NCBI RefSeq assembly: GCF_018350175.1
Contig: NC_058368.1
Location: 162,504,001 to 162,568,000 of the forward strand
Direction: 5' to 3'
Source of the DNA: Felis catus
Taxonomy: Eukaryota
Length of the DNA stretch: 64,000 bases
Positions within the stretch are counted from its first letter, which is position 1; every line of letters begins with the position of its first letter. The position numbers and the translations under genes are program-made. This document shows, in pieces, positions 63,322-64,000 of the stretch. Below the pieces are notes generated by a model. That model was not told the DNA's origin and did no database searches. It saw only the letters and a program-made list of their open reading frames with translations.

Positions 63322-63517
63322 ATTTTTAAGTTTATTTATTTATTTTTGAGAGGGTGGGGGGTACAGAGAAAGAGGGAGAGAGAGAATCCCAAACAGGCTT
63401 CAGGCTGTCAGAATATAGCCTGATGCGGGGCTCGATCTCATGAATCCTGAGATCGTGACCAAAACTGAAATCAAGACTCAGACACCTAACCAACTGACTG
63501 AGACACCCAGCCACCTC
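63322..63517 (-). mobile_element. CanSINE
   Basis: Reverse body GAGAATCCCAAACAGGCT...GCGGGGCTCGATCTCATGAA...GAGACACCCAG. Confidence 0.9.
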
Positions 63518-63726
63518 ATCTGGAAGACATTTCTATCATACAATTGCTTTTAATCTATTCCATCAACTGACATACAGAAGTCGAAGTCTGGTGTACAAGG
63601 GAAGTTTTGTAGAAACAGTGTATGCAACTGTAAACTGTATAAAATTCCATCTTAAGTGGAGGAATGTAGCTCCCATCAGGATAAAAAAGGTACACTGTGG
63701 CCCAGTCATTCCCAAGCTCTCAGTCA

Positions 63727-63910
63727 GCAGTTTTCAAACTTCGACGTTTATTGAATCGCCTGGAGGTTCCTATTAAAAATTCAGACCCCTCAGGGCCAAC
63801 CAAGATAATCTGAATCAACAGCTTGAAAATAGCTCAAGAAATAGTATCTTTAACAAGCACCTCAGGTGATTCTGGTGTAACCAGTGTGAGAACTACACTC
63901 TGAGAAATGT
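63727..63910. mobile_element. MER5-like hAT-Charlie fossil
   Basis: GTTTTCAAACTT...GAATCGCCTGGAG...TTAACAAGCACCTCAGGTGATTCTG...CACTCTGAGAAA. Confidence 0.7.
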
Positions 63911-64000
63911 TTGTCTAAATGAAGAAAAGTATCGTGGTATTATATACTCACATGATTATTAACCAATCTCATGTTTTAGAGATATATACTTTTTCTCCAT

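Overview
AT-rich, retrotransposon-dense mammalian DNA, almost certainly felid (cat-like), judged from young SINEC_Fc-type CanSINEs and carnivore L1s. No intact protein-coding gene is recognisable. The ORF-track entries are broken L1 ORF1/ORF2 pieces, SINE or microsatellite read-throughs, or short ORFs I cannot assign. Three near-full-length but inactivated L1s lie on the + strand (241-6121, 7750-14391, 55247-62010), each with target-site duplications (TSDs) and a different 5'UTR. The window also holds older L1 fragments, about 19 CanSINEs, several solo LTRs, DNA-transposon fossils and microsatellites. The most notable structures are: (i) a recent 243-bp copy of non-repeat DNA from 2 kb away, with a 22-bp TSD and an L1-endonuclease-like site, plus a second 42-bp copy of the same donor; (ii) a U6 snRNA/L1 chimeric retrocopy; (iii) an L1 3' transduction; (iv) fold-back micro-palindromes; (v) CTCF, RFX and YY1 motifs, one set inside an L1 5'UTR; (vi) candidate minus-strand exons. 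These exons and the strong + strand L1 bias suggest an intron of an unidentified minus-strand gene. Repeat family names come from recall of consensus sequences, not from a search. I cannot demonstrate a new biological system; the local copy-paste cluster at 46.9-50.5 kb is the best lead.
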